From NCBI GenBank assembly GCA_052279835.1, contig CP181291.1, positions 2,720,001-2,784,000 of the forward strand: a stretch of DNA of 64,000 nt, read 5' to 3'. Source of the stretch: Microcoleus sp. (lineage in GTDB: Bacteria > Cyanobacteriota > Cyanobacteriia > Cyanobacteriales > Microcoleaceae). The stretch's first letter is position 1. Each line of letters opens with the position of its first letter. Below the pieces are notes generated by a model. That model saw only the letters and a list, made by a program, of their open reading frames with translations. It had not been told where the DNA came from and made no database searches. Both the position numbers and the translations under genes were made by a program. Shown piece after piece: positions 1 through 11,630 of this stretch.

Positions 1-139
1 GCCAAAGCTGCGATCGGTTGACATGATAAGTAGTATCAAGTTGATTAAATTACTTGCCGAATTATCGATGGGTGTATTTGGAGCGTCAGCCACAATACCG
101 AATTGATATAGCCAACAGTTATTACTTCACTTTGTCAAT

Positions 140-613
140 ATGAACAAGTTAATTCCATCCGTTTTCCTCTCGTCTGTTCTCCTCCTTGCTACAACTCAAA
201 GCACTTTTTATAAAAGTGTTAACGCTCAGTCATTCCAACGCAATCGTCCAGATTTAAACGGTCTGCTAGTTAGAAATCCGGGTAATGGTATGATTTTCTG
301 GGTTGACCGTGGTCAGCGCCGCCATATCGCAGGTCCCAGTATATATACAAGATTGTTTGTACCCAAACATCGAGATTATTTAGAAACCGATGTCATTGAA
401 CCCGGACCATCTATAACAAATGATAACAGACTTGTCCGTTGTGGAGAAAACGAACATCCTTTGAAAAACCGTATATACCTTTTAGACCAGAATACAAAAA
501 GGCACGTCACCTCTCCAACTGTTATGGATAAGAATAACTTTAACGGGAAAGGGGTTAATACTATTGATTGTCCGGTTCTAGCTACGATAAAAGACGGAGA
601 GCCTATCCGGTAG
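140..613 (+). CDS. secreted hypothetical protein with two internal repeats
   Basis: N-terminal signal peptide (ending VNA-Q); repeated motif IFWVDRGQRRHI / IYLLDQNTKRHV. Confidence 0.6.
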   Translation: MNKLIPSVFLSSVLLLATTQSTFYKSVNAQSFQRNRPDLNGLLVRNPGNGMIFWVDRGQRRHIAGPSIYTRLFVPKHRDYLETDVIEPGPSITNDNRLVRCGENEHPLKNRIYLLDQNTKRHVTSPTVMDKNNFNGKGVNTIDCPVLATIKDGEPIR

Positions 614-817
614 AGTAGTCAAAAAGAAGCAAGGGTTGCAGACTTCATAACTGTCATTCTTCGCTGAACCTTTTAGCTACCACTAGCGATCGCATTTAGT
701 TTTAGCAAGGTGGGCATTACACCCACCCTACTATTATAATCTACGCACCAGCAGCTTTCTTGGCTGTGTAAAACACCTCAGCATTAATTTGAGAAATAGT
801 GCGATCGCGCCTTTCTT

Positions 818-1309
818 TCAAGAAACCTCAACAGTCTTTAGATCTTCAACCTTATCCCCAACTGAATTGCGCCCCTTACCCCGACGCTGTAAAAGTGCAT
901 CTATACCAGGATTAATCACTTCCTCAACCTCTCCATTATCACCATAAATCACCACATCAAGCCATTGCGCCTTTGCGATTCCTACTGCATATTTAAGCGC
1001 AGATTCCTGAGTGGGAAATACTCTCTCCACTGACTCAATACTTCTCTCAGTTACAACCCAACCATCTTGATGAGGTGAAACGTGCAACTTATGATTTAAT
1101 TCTTTCTCAACTCGTTGTCGCAAACCCATTATAGTAATGCCGACAATTGTTTCACTATCCTCATTGTAACGGGCAATTACGCTATCACTAATGTCTAAAG
1201 CTACAGCATCTCGTGGTTCTCCTAATGAAAGATAGAAAACATCAGCTTCCCGATCGTAGAAACCTGTAATATTTGTGGAATCTTCCATAATTTTTACTCT
1301 TGTGTCCAT
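818..1309 (-). CDS. DUF2283-DUF2188 fusion protein, putative antitoxin
   Basis: YDREADVFYLSL..IVGITI is DUF2283-like; HVSPHQDGWVV..FPTQESA..VVIYGDNGEV is DUF2188-like; overlaps the end of the upstream gene. Confidence 0.65.
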   Translation of the reverse strand: MDTRVKIMEDSTNITGFYDREADVFYLSLGEPRDAVALDISDSVIARYNEDSETIVGITIMGLRQRVEKELNHKLHVSPHQDGWVVTERSIESVERVFPTQESALKYAVGIAKAQWLDVVIYGDNGEVEEVINPGIDALLQRRGKGRNSVGDKVEDLKTVEVS

Positions 1310-1632
1310 ATTATTCGCTTATTTGATGATGGCTGTTTTCTAAGGTAAGCTGTTGTAATAAATCCATCTGAGTTACTTACTTCGAGATACACCACTACCA
1401 CAAATTTCCTACTATCGGGAATTAGGGAATAAAATCGCAGAGCAAGCAAGCCACCTGTAACGTCATCAATTTGAATGAGATCGGGATTCTCTAAAGTTTC
1501 TAAAACTCGCTCGTATTGAGCTTGCATCTCAGGGTGTTGTTGCAATATATGCTGCCATCGCTCTCTAGTGAGGCGGATTGGAACATTATTGAATGAATAG
1601 CCACTCCAAAGTAGATTACTATCCTGCATCAT
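1294..1632 (-). CDS. DUF4258/RelE-like (BECR-fold) putative ribonuclease toxin
   Basis: IRLTRERWQHILQQHPEM..LENPDLI..GFITTAY pattern; pairs with DUF2283 gene; start placed at MMQ because the longer ORF start (1665) lies in the chlB hairpin. Confidence 0.6.
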   Translation of the reverse strand: MMQDSNLLWSGYSFNNVPIRLTRERWQHILQQHPEMQAQYERVLETLENPDLIQIDDVTGGLLALRFYSLIPDSRKFVVVVYLEVSNSDGFITTAYLRKQPSSNKRIIWTQE

Positions 1633-1657
1633 TTTATCGGAAATTTTATAAATAAGC

Positions 1658-1682
1658 AAGGGCATCTACAAGAGATGCCCTT
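1658..1682 (-). terminator. hairpin downstream of chlB
   Basis: AAGGGCATCT-acaag-AGATGCCCTT perfect 10-bp stem just after the chlB stop. Confidence 0.55.
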
Positions 1683-1696
1683 ACCCCACTCATAAC

Positions 1697-3223
1697 CTAG
1701 GCGCCAACAGCTTCCTTGGCCGCGTAAAGCACCTCAGCATTAATTTTCTCAATTCCTCGTTCCCGCGCGAACTTCTCAGTATTTCGCTTGACTTTCCCGC
1801 GCACAAAACCAGGGATTTTATTCAATTCCGCCTGTCCATCCTTCGTCCAATTCATGTCAGAATCAGCCGAAATTCCCTTAGTAATCACTTCCTTGGTATC
1901 GTGACCGCCGAAGATTTCCAGCAAGTGGTCTTCCATTCCCAAAGTGAAGGAATTGTACACCAAATCTACGCACTGATTCGTGCCTTCATAACCCAAAAAT
2001 GGCTTGTAGCCGATCGGGAAATTTTGGACATGAATCGGCGCAGCAATCACACCGCACGGAATATCCAACCGCTTACCGACGTGACGTTCCATTTGCGTGC
2101 CGAAAATCGCGGAAGGTTCCGCTTTGGCGATCGCATCTCCGATCGCCCCGTGATCGTCGGTAACAATCACCTCATCGCAATACTCGCTTACCTGTTCCCG
2201 GAACCAGTCAGCATCGTGTTTGCAGTAGGTTCCTGCCCACACAACGTGGATTCCCATCTCGCGAGCCAAAATCTTCGTCATGGCTGCTGCGTGGGTATTA
2301 TCGCCAAATACAACGGCTTTTTTGCCTGTTAAGTTTTGACAGTCGATCGACCTGGAAAACCAAGCAGCCTGAGACACAAATCTTGTTTGTTGGTCGATGA
2401 AATTTTCGTAATCAACCTCAGCACCTTGGGCATTCAATACTTGCTGAATTTTGCGAATACAACGGGCCGTTTCTACCACACCCATGGGGGTAATATCCAC
2501 CATCGGCGTGCCGAATTCTGTTTGCAAATACTCTCCGGCCATCATCCCTAATTCGCGATAGGGAACCAAGTTAAACCAGGCCCGCGGTAGTCTTTTTAAG
2601 TTATGAACTGAAGCGCCTTCGGGAATAACTTCGTTGACTTCGATGCCCAAATCTGCCATCAAACGCTTCAACTCGGTGCAGTCGTGGTGGTTGTGGAAAC
2701 CCAGCGTAGACATCCCGATGATGTTGACTGATGGTTTTTCGCTTTTGGTTTCTACTAAATCGCCTTTTTTGCGGGCTTTGTTGATGTAAAATTTGACGAT
2801 TTGTTCTAAAGTGCGATCGGCTGCTTGGAGTTCATTTACTCGATAGTGGTTAACATCAGCCAACAACACATCGCCTTTGGCTTCCAATTGAGCTCGCTCC
2901 ACGAAGTTTTCTAAGTCTTCTTGCAGAATGCTGGAGGTGCAAGTGGGAGTCAAAACGATTAAATCTGGGTGTTCTTCTCTGTCTTTACGGGTGATATTGT
3001 CCACCACTCGTTCCTGGGAACCGCGGGCGAGTACGTGTCTGTCAACGACGCTGGTGGTGACTGGGGTGAAGTCCCGTTCTCTTTCCAGCATGGAACGCAT
3101 GACGTTGAAGTAATCGTCTCCGATGGGTGCGTGCATGATTGCATGGACGTTTTTGAAGGAACTAGCAACGCGCAGGGTGCCAATGTGGGCTGGGCCTGCG
3201 TACATCCAATAAGCCAATTTCAT
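1697..3223 (-). CDS. chlB: light-independent protochlorophyllide reductase subunit B
   Basis: [16 protein letters not shown]-terminus, [13 protein letters not shown]-terminal [14 protein letters not shown]; 508 aa. Confidence 0.98.
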   Translation of the reverse strand: MKLAYWMYAGPAHIGTLRVASSFKNVHAIMHAPIGDDYFNVMRSMLERERDFTPVTTSVVDRHVLARGSQERVVDNITRKDREEHPDLIVLTPTCTSSILQEDLENFVERAQLEAKGDVLLADVNHYRVNELQAADRTLEQIVKFYINKARKKGDLVETKSEKPSVNIIGMSTLGFHNHHDCTELKRLMADLGIEVNEVIPEGASVHNLKRLPRAWFNLVPYRELGMMAGEYLQTEFGTPMVDITPMGVVETARCIRKIQQVLNAQGAEVDYENFIDQQTRFVSQAAWFSRSIDCQNLTGKKAVVFGDNTHAAAMTKILAREMGIHVVWAGTYCKHDADWFREQVSEYCDEVIVTDDHGAIGDAIAKAEPSAIFGTQMERHVGKRLDIPCGVIAAPIHVQNFPIGYKPFLGYEGTNQCVDLVYNSFTLGMEDHLLEIFGGHDTKEVITKGISADSDMNWTKDGQAELNKIPGFVRGKVKRNTEKFARERGIEKINAEVLYAAKEAVGA

Positions 3224-3856
3224 AGGTATTTTTCCTTGTGCTGGTTGAGAATTGCTCGATCGGGCGATTACTGCTAAATTTTAGGGTTGTTTCCGATTCT
3301 CTCACCGAATGAATCCTTTAGAAATAGTGAGTTTCTCTAGATTTGTTGATTTGGGCGATCGGTCAAACCCTCTTCCTGCTAAGGATTTGACCCCTAAATA
3401 AAATAACTTTGCTCGGCTTTTATTGCAATAATTCTTAATGTTTTGTCAATTTTCGTTAACAGCTAGGCAAATTCAATTCCTATAACCTAGATATTAAATG
3501 CTTACATGATTCCTCACAGCTAGATATTAATCAATTTAATTGATTTTTTAGAGCCTACTATAAATACTATTAATATAGTAAAATACGCATTTATTTGAAA
3601 ATTTCTTCCATACTGACGCAAAAGCTGCAAGTCTTGTGATTAATCATACAAATTCCTGAAAAATCCGGTTGGGGCGGGGAAGTCCAGAATCATTGTGCAG
3701 CGAGTATACAGCAATGATTTCATTCTTTAATCTAAAATACTAGGAACTCTCTATGGCTGACTCCTGTGGATGCCAAAATCCCTACGGTGGGAGGCTACCG
3801 GTAGTGGTTTGCTGTCAAGGCCCACTTTCCCACGCATCCCAAAAAACAGCTCTTGA

Positions 3857-6800
3857 GTGATAATGGAGAGTAATATTAACTTAGCACACCTAATTTCAGA
3901 GAACCCAACTATGATGGCAATTCCCGGCGTTGCAGTTCTCGCTCTCATTTATGAAAGCAGCACATCCCTGGTTTACCGCGGCCGGGATGAGCAGAACAAT
4001 CAGCCTGTTATTATAAAACTTATCAAAGAAGACTATCCGACTCCAGAAGAGCTGAATAGATATCGGCGCGAATATCAAATTACTGCCAGCTTAAAGTTAG
4101 ACGGAGTGGTAACAGTCCACAAGTTGCTATCTGTGAGAAATAGTTTGGCAATGATTTTAGAAGATTTTGGCGGCGAATCTTTGAGAATCTTCATGGCTTC
4201 CCAAAAATTCACAATTTTAGGATTTTTAACTACTGCCATCAAAATTGCTGAAACCTTGGGAGAAATTCACGCTAAAAATGTAATTCACAAAGATATTAAC
4301 CCCGGTAATATTGTTTTTAACTCAGCTACTGGCAAAGTCAAACTCATAGATTTTAGTATTTCCACTTCCAGCGAATTGGATAACATTCCCAATAAAGACC
4401 CTAATTTTTTAGAAGGTACTTTAGCCTATATGTCGCCGGAACAAACCGGTAGAATGAACCGGGTAATAGATTATCGCACCGACTTCTATTCCTTGGGTGT
4501 CACCTTCTATGAAATTATGGCAGGACAACTCCCTTTTAACACAGCCGATCCCATGGAGTTGGTTCATTGTCATATCGCTAAACAGCCAGTACCTCTTAAG
4601 GAAATTGCACCGGAAATCCCTCAAGCTGTTTCAGATATTGTGATGAAATTGTTAGCCAAAACTGCTGATGAACGCTATCAAAGCGCCTGGGGACTGAAAG
4701 CAGATTTGGAATCTTGTCTGTTTCAGTTGCAGACATCGGGGTTGATTTCTGAGTTTACTCTCGGTAGTCAAGACATTTCCGATAAATTTAAAATACCTCA
4801 AAAATTATACGGCAGACAGCGAGAAGTAGAAACTCTTTTAGCAGCATTTGAACGGGTAGCCGCCACAAATTATCGTTCTAACCGTCGCACCGAACACTCT
4901 CAAATTGCTGTGATTAATAAAGATGTAAAATCCACAGCAGAAACTTCTCAATTATTGCTAACCCGAAGAGAATATCATAAATCCCGCAGCGAGATGATGC
5001 TAATTGCTGGTTATTCCGGTATTGGCAAATCCGCCATGGTGAAAATTTTAGAAAAACCGATTACTTGCAGACAGGGATATTTTATCTGGGGTAAGTTTGA
5101 CCAGTACAAACGGACGATTCCTTACTCGGCGGTTGTGATCGCTTTTTCAGAACTGGTGCGACAGCTTTTAACTGAAAGTGAAACGCAGTTAGCAGTGTGG
5201 CGGGAAAAACTTCGCAGCGCTTTCGGCCAAAATGGGCAAATTATTATTGATGTCATTCCCGAAGTAGAACTGATTGTGGGACCTCAGTCTCCTGTAGTTG
5301 AATTAGGGCCAACGGAGTCTCTAAATCGCTTTAATCTGGTTTTTCAAAATTTTATTCGCGTATTTTGTCAGCCAGAACATCCCCTGGTAATTTTTCTGGA
5401 CGATTTGCAGTGGGCTGATTCGGCGACTCTCAAGTTGATCGAGTTGATGATGACAGATGAGGCTACGCAATATCTGTTTTTAATTGGGGCTTATCGCGAT
5501 AATGAAGTCAGTCCCACTCATCCTTTAATGATGACTGTCGAGACGCTGCGAAATCAAGAAGCAATTGTCAATCAGATTGCTTTATTGCCACTGGGAGTGG
5601 ACAATATAACTCATTTAATTGCAGAGACTTTGCATAGCGATCGAGAATCTGTCAAACCTTTAGCTGAGCTTGTTGTCAGCAAAACTGATGGCAATCCTTT
5701 TTTTGTAAATCAATTTTTACATACATTATATCAGGAAGACTTGCTGGTTTTTCATCCGCCTCTGTCGGGAAATAAAGGCGGCTGGCATTGGGACATAAAT
5801 CAAATAGAGCAGTGCGCTATCACTGATAATGTGGTAGATTTGATGGTGCAAAAGTTAAGAAAACTGCCCAGTCCCACTCAGCAAGTTTTGCGTTTAGTAG
5901 CTTGTTTGGGTAATGAATTTGACTTAAATACCCTGTCTTTAATTAATGAAAAAGAAGCTTCAGAAACTTTTTCCCAGTTGTTACCAGCGATTAAGTCGGG
6001 ATTGATTTTGCCAAGTTCGGAGTTGGAAAGTAAGTCCTTAGATTATGTGATGTTTCCGCTGTTGATTCTCAATTATAAATTTTTACATGACCGGGTACAA
6101 CAAGCAGCCTATGCTTTAATTGATGATTCGGAAAAAAAAGCTGTTCACCTGAAAATAGGTAGGCAAATATTAGAAAATACTCCCACTGAATATCGGGCTG
6201 ACAGAATCTTTGAATTGGTCGATCACTTGAATGTGGCTCGAACTTTAATCGGGGAAGATAAAGAATTAATTGAACTGGCGACGTTGAATTTAGACGCGGC
6301 AAGGCGAGCGAAAGATGCGACAGCTTATGTTTCAGCTTTACAGTATTTAACCGCAGGTATGGACGGCTTGACGGAGGATATTTGGGATTCCCACTATGAC
6401 TTAGCCTTTGCTTTGCATATGGAACGAGCAAATGTTGAGTATTTAAACGGTTATTTTGAAAAATCCGAAGGGTTTATCAATATAACTTTACAAAAAGCCC
6501 GATCGCCTTTAGAGAAAGTAGAAATTTACAACCTACTGATCGTACAGTATACCCTGCGCGCCAAGTACGAGGATGCAGTCAAAGCGGGCATCAAAGCCTT
6601 GAACTTGCTGGGTATCGATTTGCCCCTAGATGGGCTGCAAACCGTGATTTCTGAAGAATTTGAGGCAGCCAAGAGCATTTTGGGCGATCGCGAAATTGCT
6701 TCATTGATTGACGCCCCGGAAATGACTATCCCAGAAAAAAAAGTTGCCGTTAAATTAATCACAAATTTACTAACATCAGCCTACCTCAACAATCCAGATT

Positions 6801-9427
6801 TGTGGAAAGTCAGCGTTTTAAAAGGACTAAATCTTTCTCTCAAATACGGTTTAGTACCCGAAGCATCTCTTTGTTACGCAGGTTATGGTATGTTTTTGAA
6901 TGCGGTTTCAGGAGATTACAAAACCGCCTATCAATTTGCCATGCTGTCGCTGAATTTGAGCGAAAAATCTGGGAACTTGGGTCTAAAATGTCGAGCCTGT
7001 TCATCCCTAGTCAGTATTTTTCATTACTGGTTCAATCATATCAAAGAAGCTTACGCAATTAGTAATGAAGGATATCAAGCAGCCTTAGAATCTGGGGATT
7101 TAGAATATGCAGGTTATATTCTGTCTAACCGCATCGCCAATTATTTTTTTCAAGGCAGAGATATTGCCCAAGTGCTCGCAGATACCAAAGGATATTTGCA
7201 ATTTAGCCAAAAAACCAAAAATCAACTGGTAACTGATACATTATTAGGAGTTGAGTTAATCCTCTGTAACCTCAGCAAACTCACTACTGACAAACTGGTT
7301 TTTGAGAACGAAGAAATTACCGAACTTGAGTATGTATACAATTGTCAAGCCCATCAAAATTTGTACTCGCTGTGCTTGTATCAAATTCGTAAATGCCAGG
7401 TATTGTACTTGTATGGTAACTACAAGGAAGCATTACAATTAGCTTTGGAAGTAGAAAAGCAGCTTTCCTTTATTACAGGAGCTATACCCGCCACCGAATG
7501 GAATTTTTACTTTTCGTTAGTGCTAATCGCTGTCTATCCCAATGTTTCTAAGTCAGAGCAAACGCTGTATTTAGAGAAGTTAGAAAAGAATCAAAGAGAG
7601 ATGAAAATTTGGGCAGATAACTGTCCAGAAAATTTTCTCCACAAGCACGTTTTAGTGCAAGCAGAAATAGCCAGAATTTCCAAAAAAGACTCAGAAGCTG
7701 TCGAATTGTACGACTTCGCCATCACTTTAGCTCAAGACAATGAGTTTGTCCAAAATGAAGCCTTGGCTAATGAACTAGCAGCCAAATATTGGTTAAATAA
7801 AGGCAAATATCAATATGCTAAAATTCACTTACGGGATGCTCATTCCTGCTACCAACGCTGGGGTGCCACCCGAAAAGTAGATGATTTAGAACAAAAATAT
7901 CCCCAGTTGCGGGAAATGACACCTCTCAACGGCAATTTTGCCCTCAACCAAACTACCACAACTATTCATACTTCTACTGGTAGCGATGCGAGGGCCTTGG
8001 ATTTAGCAACGGTAATGAAGGCTTCTCTGGCAATTTCTAGCGAAATTGTCCTGGATAAGTTGCTGGCTTCTTTGATGAGAATCTCCCTGGAAAATGCGGG
8101 TGCTCAATTAGGTTTTCTGATTTTAGTCAGAGAGGGAAAACTTTTAATTTTAGCGAAAGCTTCAGTATTTGCCGAAGATGTCACCATGTTGCCATTTACG
8201 CCTCTTGAGGAATGTCAGGATTTACCTGTGACGGTGATTAATTATGTGGAAAGGACTCGCTCGGACTTGGTGTTGAGCAATGCGGCCGCGGAGGGACTAT
8301 TTACGGCAGATCCCTACGTCGCCCAGCACCAACTCCAATCTATTTTGTGTACTCCCATTGTGAATCGAGGCAAACTGATCGGCATTCTTTATTTGGAAAA
8401 TAATTTGACTATCGGTGCTTTTACTCCTCACAGATTGGAAGTTTTAAGGTTGCTTTCTTCCCAAGTTGCTATTTCTTTAGAAAATGCTCTGCTTTACAAT
8501 TCTGTGGAGCAGAAAGTCCAAGAGCGGACGCAGGAGTTAAATGAAAAGAATGAGAGTTTAGAACAAACTTTGCGCGAGCTAAAACTCACTCAAGCTCAAT
8601 TGATTCAAACCGAAAAAATGTCTAGTCTGGGGCAAATGGTGGCTGGTGTAGCTCACGAGATTAATAATCCTGTAAGTTTTATCTATGGAAATCTGACACC
8701 AGCGGGCGAATATGTCCAAGATTTGCTGAAATTGATTGAGCTTTACCAGCAGCACTATCCAGATCCTAGCGATGAAATTATCGATGAGATTGAAACTATT
8801 GAACTGGAATTTTTGATCGAAGATTTGCAAAAGTTGCTGGATTCTATGAAGGTGGGAGCTGAAAGAATTCGCGATATTGTGTTGAGTTTGCGGAATTTTT
8901 CGCGTTTAGATGAAGCGGAAATGAAGTCGGTTGATATTCATCAAGGGATTGACAGTACGGTGATGCTGTTGCAGCCTCGTCTGAGAAAGGAGGGCGGGCG
9001 TTTGGGGATTGAGGTGATTAGAAATTACGGGAATTTGCCGTTAATTACTTGTTATGCGTCGCAGTTGAATCAGGTGTTTATGAATATCTTGACCAATGCG
9101 ATCGATGCGCTGTTGTTGGTCAGAGATAGCCCGGAAAATTATCAACAAAAGCCTGCTATTACGATCGCTACGGAGGTGACGGACCGGAGTTCGGCGATAA
9201 TTAGAATCCGGGATACGGGTCCTGGGATGACCACGGAGGTGCTGCACAAGATTTTTGACCCGTTTTTTACGACTAAACCTGTGGGTTCTGGTACGGGTTT
9301 GGGATTGTCTATTTGTCACTCCATTGTGGTGAGTTCTCATGGTGGGAAATTGACTTGTGTTTCTGCACCGGGAGAGGGGAGTGAGTTTATTATTGAAATT
9401 CCCATCGCCCCACGGCAAGTGATCTAA
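3857..9427 (+). CDS. hybrid Ser/Thr kinase - AAA ATPase - GAF - histidine kinase (HstK-like)
   Basis: IHKDINPGN/IDFS kinase motifs; Walker A GYSGIGKS; DDLQWAD; GAF region; H-box AHEINNP; DPFFTTKPVGSGTGLGL. Confidence 0.93.
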   Translation: MIMESNINLAHLISENPTMMAIPGVAVLALIYESSTSLVYRGRDEQNNQPVIIKLIKEDYPTPEELNRYRREYQITASLKLDGVVTVHKLLSVRNSLAMILEDFGGESLRIFMASQKFTILGFLTTAIKIAETLGEIHAKNVIHKDINPGNIVFNSATGKVKLIDFSISTSSELDNIPNKDPNFLEGTLAYMSPEQTGRMNRVIDYRTDFYSLGVTFYEIMAGQLPFNTADPMELVHCHIAKQPVPLKEIAPEIPQAVSDIVMKLLAKTADERYQSAWGLKADLESCLFQLQTSGLISEFTLGSQDISDKFKIPQKLYGRQREVETLLAAFERVAATNYRSNRRTEHSQIAVINKDVKSTAETSQLLLTRREYHKSRSEMMLIAGYSGIGKSAMVKILEKPITCRQGYFIWGKFDQYKRTIPYSAVVIAFSELVRQLLTESETQLAVWREKLRSAFGQNGQIIIDVIPEVELIVGPQSPVVELGPTESLNRFNLVFQNFIRVFCQPEHPLVIFLDDLQWADSATLKLIELMMTDEATQYLFLIGAYRDNEVSPTHPLMMTVETLRNQEAIVNQIALLPLGVDNITHLIAETLHSDRESVKPLAELVVSKTDGNPFFVNQFLHTLYQEDLLVFHPPLSGNKGGWHWDINQIEQCAITDNVVDLMVQKLRKLPSPTQQVLRLVACLGNEFDLNTLSLINEKEASETFSQLLPAIKSGLILPSSELESKSLDYVMFPLLILNYKFLHDRVQQAAYALIDDSEKKAVHLKIGRQILENTPTEYRADRIFELVDHLNVARTLIGEDKELIELATLNLDAARRAKDATAYVSALQYLTAGMDGLTEDIWDSHYDLAFALHMERANVEYLNGYFEKSEGFINITLQKARSPLEKVEIYNLLIVQYTLRAKYEDAVKAGIKALNLLGIDLPLDGLQTVISEEFEAAKSILGDREIASLIDAPEMTIPEKKVAVKLITNLLTSAYLNNPDLWKVSVLKGLNLSLKYGLVPEASLCYAGYGMFLNAVSGDYKTAYQFAMLSLNLSEKSGNLGLKCRACSSLVSIFHYWFNHIKEAYAISNEGYQAALESGDLEYAGYILSNRIANYFFQGRDIAQVLADTKGYLQFSQKTKNQLVTDTLLGVELILCNLSKLTTDKLVFENEEITELEYVYNCQAHQNLYSLCLYQIRKCQVLYLYGNYKEALQLALEVEKQLSFITGAIPATEWNFYFSLVLIAVYPNVSKSEQTLYLEKLEKNQREMKIWADNCPENFLHKHVLVQAEIARISKKDSEAVELYDFAITLAQDNEFVQNEALANELAAKYWLNKGKYQYAKIHLRDAHSCYQRWGATRKVDDLEQKYPQLREMTPLNGNFALNQTTTTIHTSTGSDARALDLATVMKASLAISSEIVLDKLLASLMRISLENAGAQLGFLILVREGKLLILAKASVFAEDVTMLPFTPLEECQDLPVTVINYVERTRSDLVLSNAAAEGLFTADPYVAQHQLQSILCTPIVNRGKLIGILYLENNLTIGAFTPHRLEVLRLLSSQVAISLENALLYNSVEQKVQERTQELNEKNESLEQTLRELKLTQAQLIQTEKMSSLGQMVAGVAHEINNPVSFIYGNLTPAGEYVQDLLKLIELYQQHYPDPSDEIIDEIETIELEFLIEDLQKLLDSMKVGAERIRDIVLSLRNFSRLDEAEMKSVDIHQGIDSTVMLLQPRLRKEGGRLGIEVIRNYGNLPLITCYASQLNQVFMNILTNAIDALLLVRDSPENYQQKPAITIATEVTDRSSAIIRIRDTGPGMTTEVLHKIFDPFFTTKPVGSGTGLGLSICHSIVVSSHGGKLTCVSAPGEGSEFIIEIPIAPRQVI

Positions 9428-9442
9428 AAAACATAGCCCATA

Positions 9443-9558
9443 ATATCAAATCCTCTCTTCATCGGAATTATTCATCTCTCTTGTCTCTCTCTTGTCTCTC
9501 TCTGCGTTCTGGAGCGTCCTCTGCGGTTACATCATTCCGATGCAATCGAAAACCATAT
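9443..9558. repeat. miniature element, family B (inverted relative to the 28319-28454 copy)
   Basis: ATATCAAATCCTCTCTTCATC is the exact reverse complement of the end of the 28.4 kb copy; CT-rich interior; TA-flanked. Confidence 0.5.
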
Positions 9559-9798
9559 AACAACAGGCTTTATCCCCCTGCTGGCACTGGAAAGTCGGGG
9601 ATTTGAGCATTTTGACAGATGACTTAATTTGACTTAAAACCGAAAATTACCATAAATCACTCGATCGGGTGAGTCCCTAGGATTCGGCGAACAGGGATGC
9701 CCGATCGCTCACTTGTGTAGTACACTTGTAACTTAGCTACCTACAGAGTACAGTTTCAGATTTAAGTGTTTGCAAGGGTTCTATCTCAACAAAAATTT

Positions 9799-11619
9799 AT
9801 GGCCAGCTTTCGGGACATCTTAAAATACTACAGCCACTACTGGAAAATTTCAGTTTTGAGCATAGGCGCATCCAGCCTTTTGGCACTAGCCGATTTGCTT
9901 GTGCCCTACGCGATCGGTCAAACATTAAACGTATTGTCGGGTAAACCTACAGATAATGTTACCCAAAAACTGATCTCCGCGATCGCCTCTGTTACCCAGC
10001 AACCAGTCAACCAAACATTATCACTAGCCGTCTTGCTGGGGTTAATTTTTGTGGTAAGTGTAGTAAAATCACCGATCGAACCTTGGGTAGGAAATTGGTT
10101 CCACTGGGTAATACCATTGACAGCGAGGCGCGATCAAATGAGAAATGCGATCGGCAAAATCCTCACCTTACCCCTAGAATTCTACGACGAAAACAACGCC
10201 GGACGGATTTCCAGTCGCATCGCCAAAGGCGTCGCTAACTACACCTGGACCTACCCAGAAATTGCTGGGGAATTCATCCCCGAAGTCGTCCGCTTAATTG
10301 GCATTTTTGCAGTCATCTGGTTAATGGAGTGGCGAATTGGCTTATTAATTTTGCTTTCCTTCCTCTTGATCCTCGGTTTCACCCTCAAAGGTTTGCAAGA
10401 GGTTACTAAGCGGGAAGAAATTCTGGATGAATACATCGAAGATACCGAAAGTCGCAACTCGGAAATTATCACCAACATCAAAACAGTCAAAGCTTTTGCG
10501 ACAGAAACAGAGGAACTAAAAAGGCAAACCACCAGACTCGATCGCGAATTAAAAGTAGTGATCCACCGCATTCACAAAGGATACGTCACCCTGGGGACAT
10601 ACCAGCAGACATTTGTCCAGTTGTGTTTGTTTTCTGTTCTCGGTTTTAGCCTCGCAGCCACGGTGGGAGGCAAAATTTCCATCGGATATTTTGTTACCAT
10701 CTACACTTTGGCAAGCATGGCCTATTCCCAACTACGGCCGATTAGCATTATCGCCGAAGTATTTGCCCGCCGCTATGCTTCCATGATCCGGTTCCATGAG
10801 TTTATGGAAACGTCAGAGGGTGTAGATGCGATTAATTTAGCAGAAAATGCTAGAGCCGCACAGCCACCTTATAAATTTACTGGTAAGGTTGAGCTTAGCG
10901 GTTTGACATTCGGTTACGACAGTGAAAAACCTGTGTTGCAGGATGTGAATTTATTGATTCATCCCCGTCAAACCATAGCATTAGTAGGGCGATCGGGTTC
11001 GGGGAAATCGACTTTAGTGAAACTGCTGTTTCGCTATTTTGAACCCAACTCCGGGCGGATTCTGATCGATGGGGAAGACATTCGCAGCTTAGATGTGACT
11101 CGTTACCGCCAGCGTTTAGCCATTGTTCACCAAGAAGTAGACGTTTTTAACGGTACTTTGCTCGAAAATCTGACTTACGGAAACAGAAGTGCCACTTTCG
11201 AGCAAGTGGAGGATGCTTGTCGCATCGCCAAAGTAGACGATTTTGTACAGTTGTTGCCCCACGGTTACTATACCGTGGTTGGGGAGCGAGGAATGCGCTT
11301 GTCCGGTGGTCAGCGACAGCGATTGGGTATTGCTAGGGCGCTGTTAGTGGAGCCGGATGTGTTAATTTTCGATGAGGCTACTTCGAGTTTGGATTATGAA
11401 AGCGAGCGATCGATCCAGATAGCGATGCGAAATATCCTCGGTACGCGCACTACCATCATTATTGCCCACCGACTCAGTACCATTCGTGAAGCCGATGCGA
11501 TCGTCGTACTCGATCGCGGTAGAATCGTCGAAGTTGGCAGCCACAACGAACTGTTGAACCAACAAGGCATTTACCGGAGGCTGCACTCCCTGCAAGAAAC
11601 CGGCCAGTTGCTTGATTAG
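9799..11619 (+). CDS. ABC exporter, fused permease/ATPase
   Basis: N-terminal TM helices; GRSGSGKST, LSGGQRQR, FDEATS, IAHRLST; ATG start at MASFRD preferred over GTG at 9766. Confidence 0.93.
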   Translation: MASFRDILKYYSHYWKISVLSIGASSLLALADLLVPYAIGQTLNVLSGKPTDNVTQKLISAIASVTQQPVNQTLSLAVLLGLIFVVSVVKSPIEPWVGNWFHWVIPLTARRDQMRNAIGKILTLPLEFYDENNAGRISSRIAKGVANYTWTYPEIAGEFIPEVVRLIGIFAVIWLMEWRIGLLILLSFLLILGFTLKGLQEVTKREEILDEYIEDTESRNSEIITNIKTVKAFATETEELKRQTTRLDRELKVVIHRIHKGYVTLGTYQQTFVQLCLFSVLGFSLAATVGGKISIGYFVTIYTLASMAYSQLRPISIIAEVFARRYASMIRFHEFMETSEGVDAINLAENARAAQPPYKFTGKVELSGLTFGYDSEKPVLQDVNLLIHPRQTIALVGRSGSGKSTLVKLLFRYFEPNSGRILIDGEDIRSLDVTRYRQRLAIVHQEVDVFNGTLLENLTYGNRSATFEQVEDACRIAKVDDFVQLLPHGYYTVVGERGMRLSGGQRQRLGIARALLVEPDVLIFDEATSSLDYESERSIQIAMRNILGTRTTIIIAHRLSTIREADAIVVLDRGRIVEVGSHNELLNQQGIYRRLHSLQETGQLLD

Positions 11620-11630
11620 TCAACGGATTT

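Noticed and set aside
9719..9732. LexA-box-like AGTACACTTGTAAC upstream of the ABC exporter
   Set aside because: Mismatch in the second half-site; a single weak hit is insufficient
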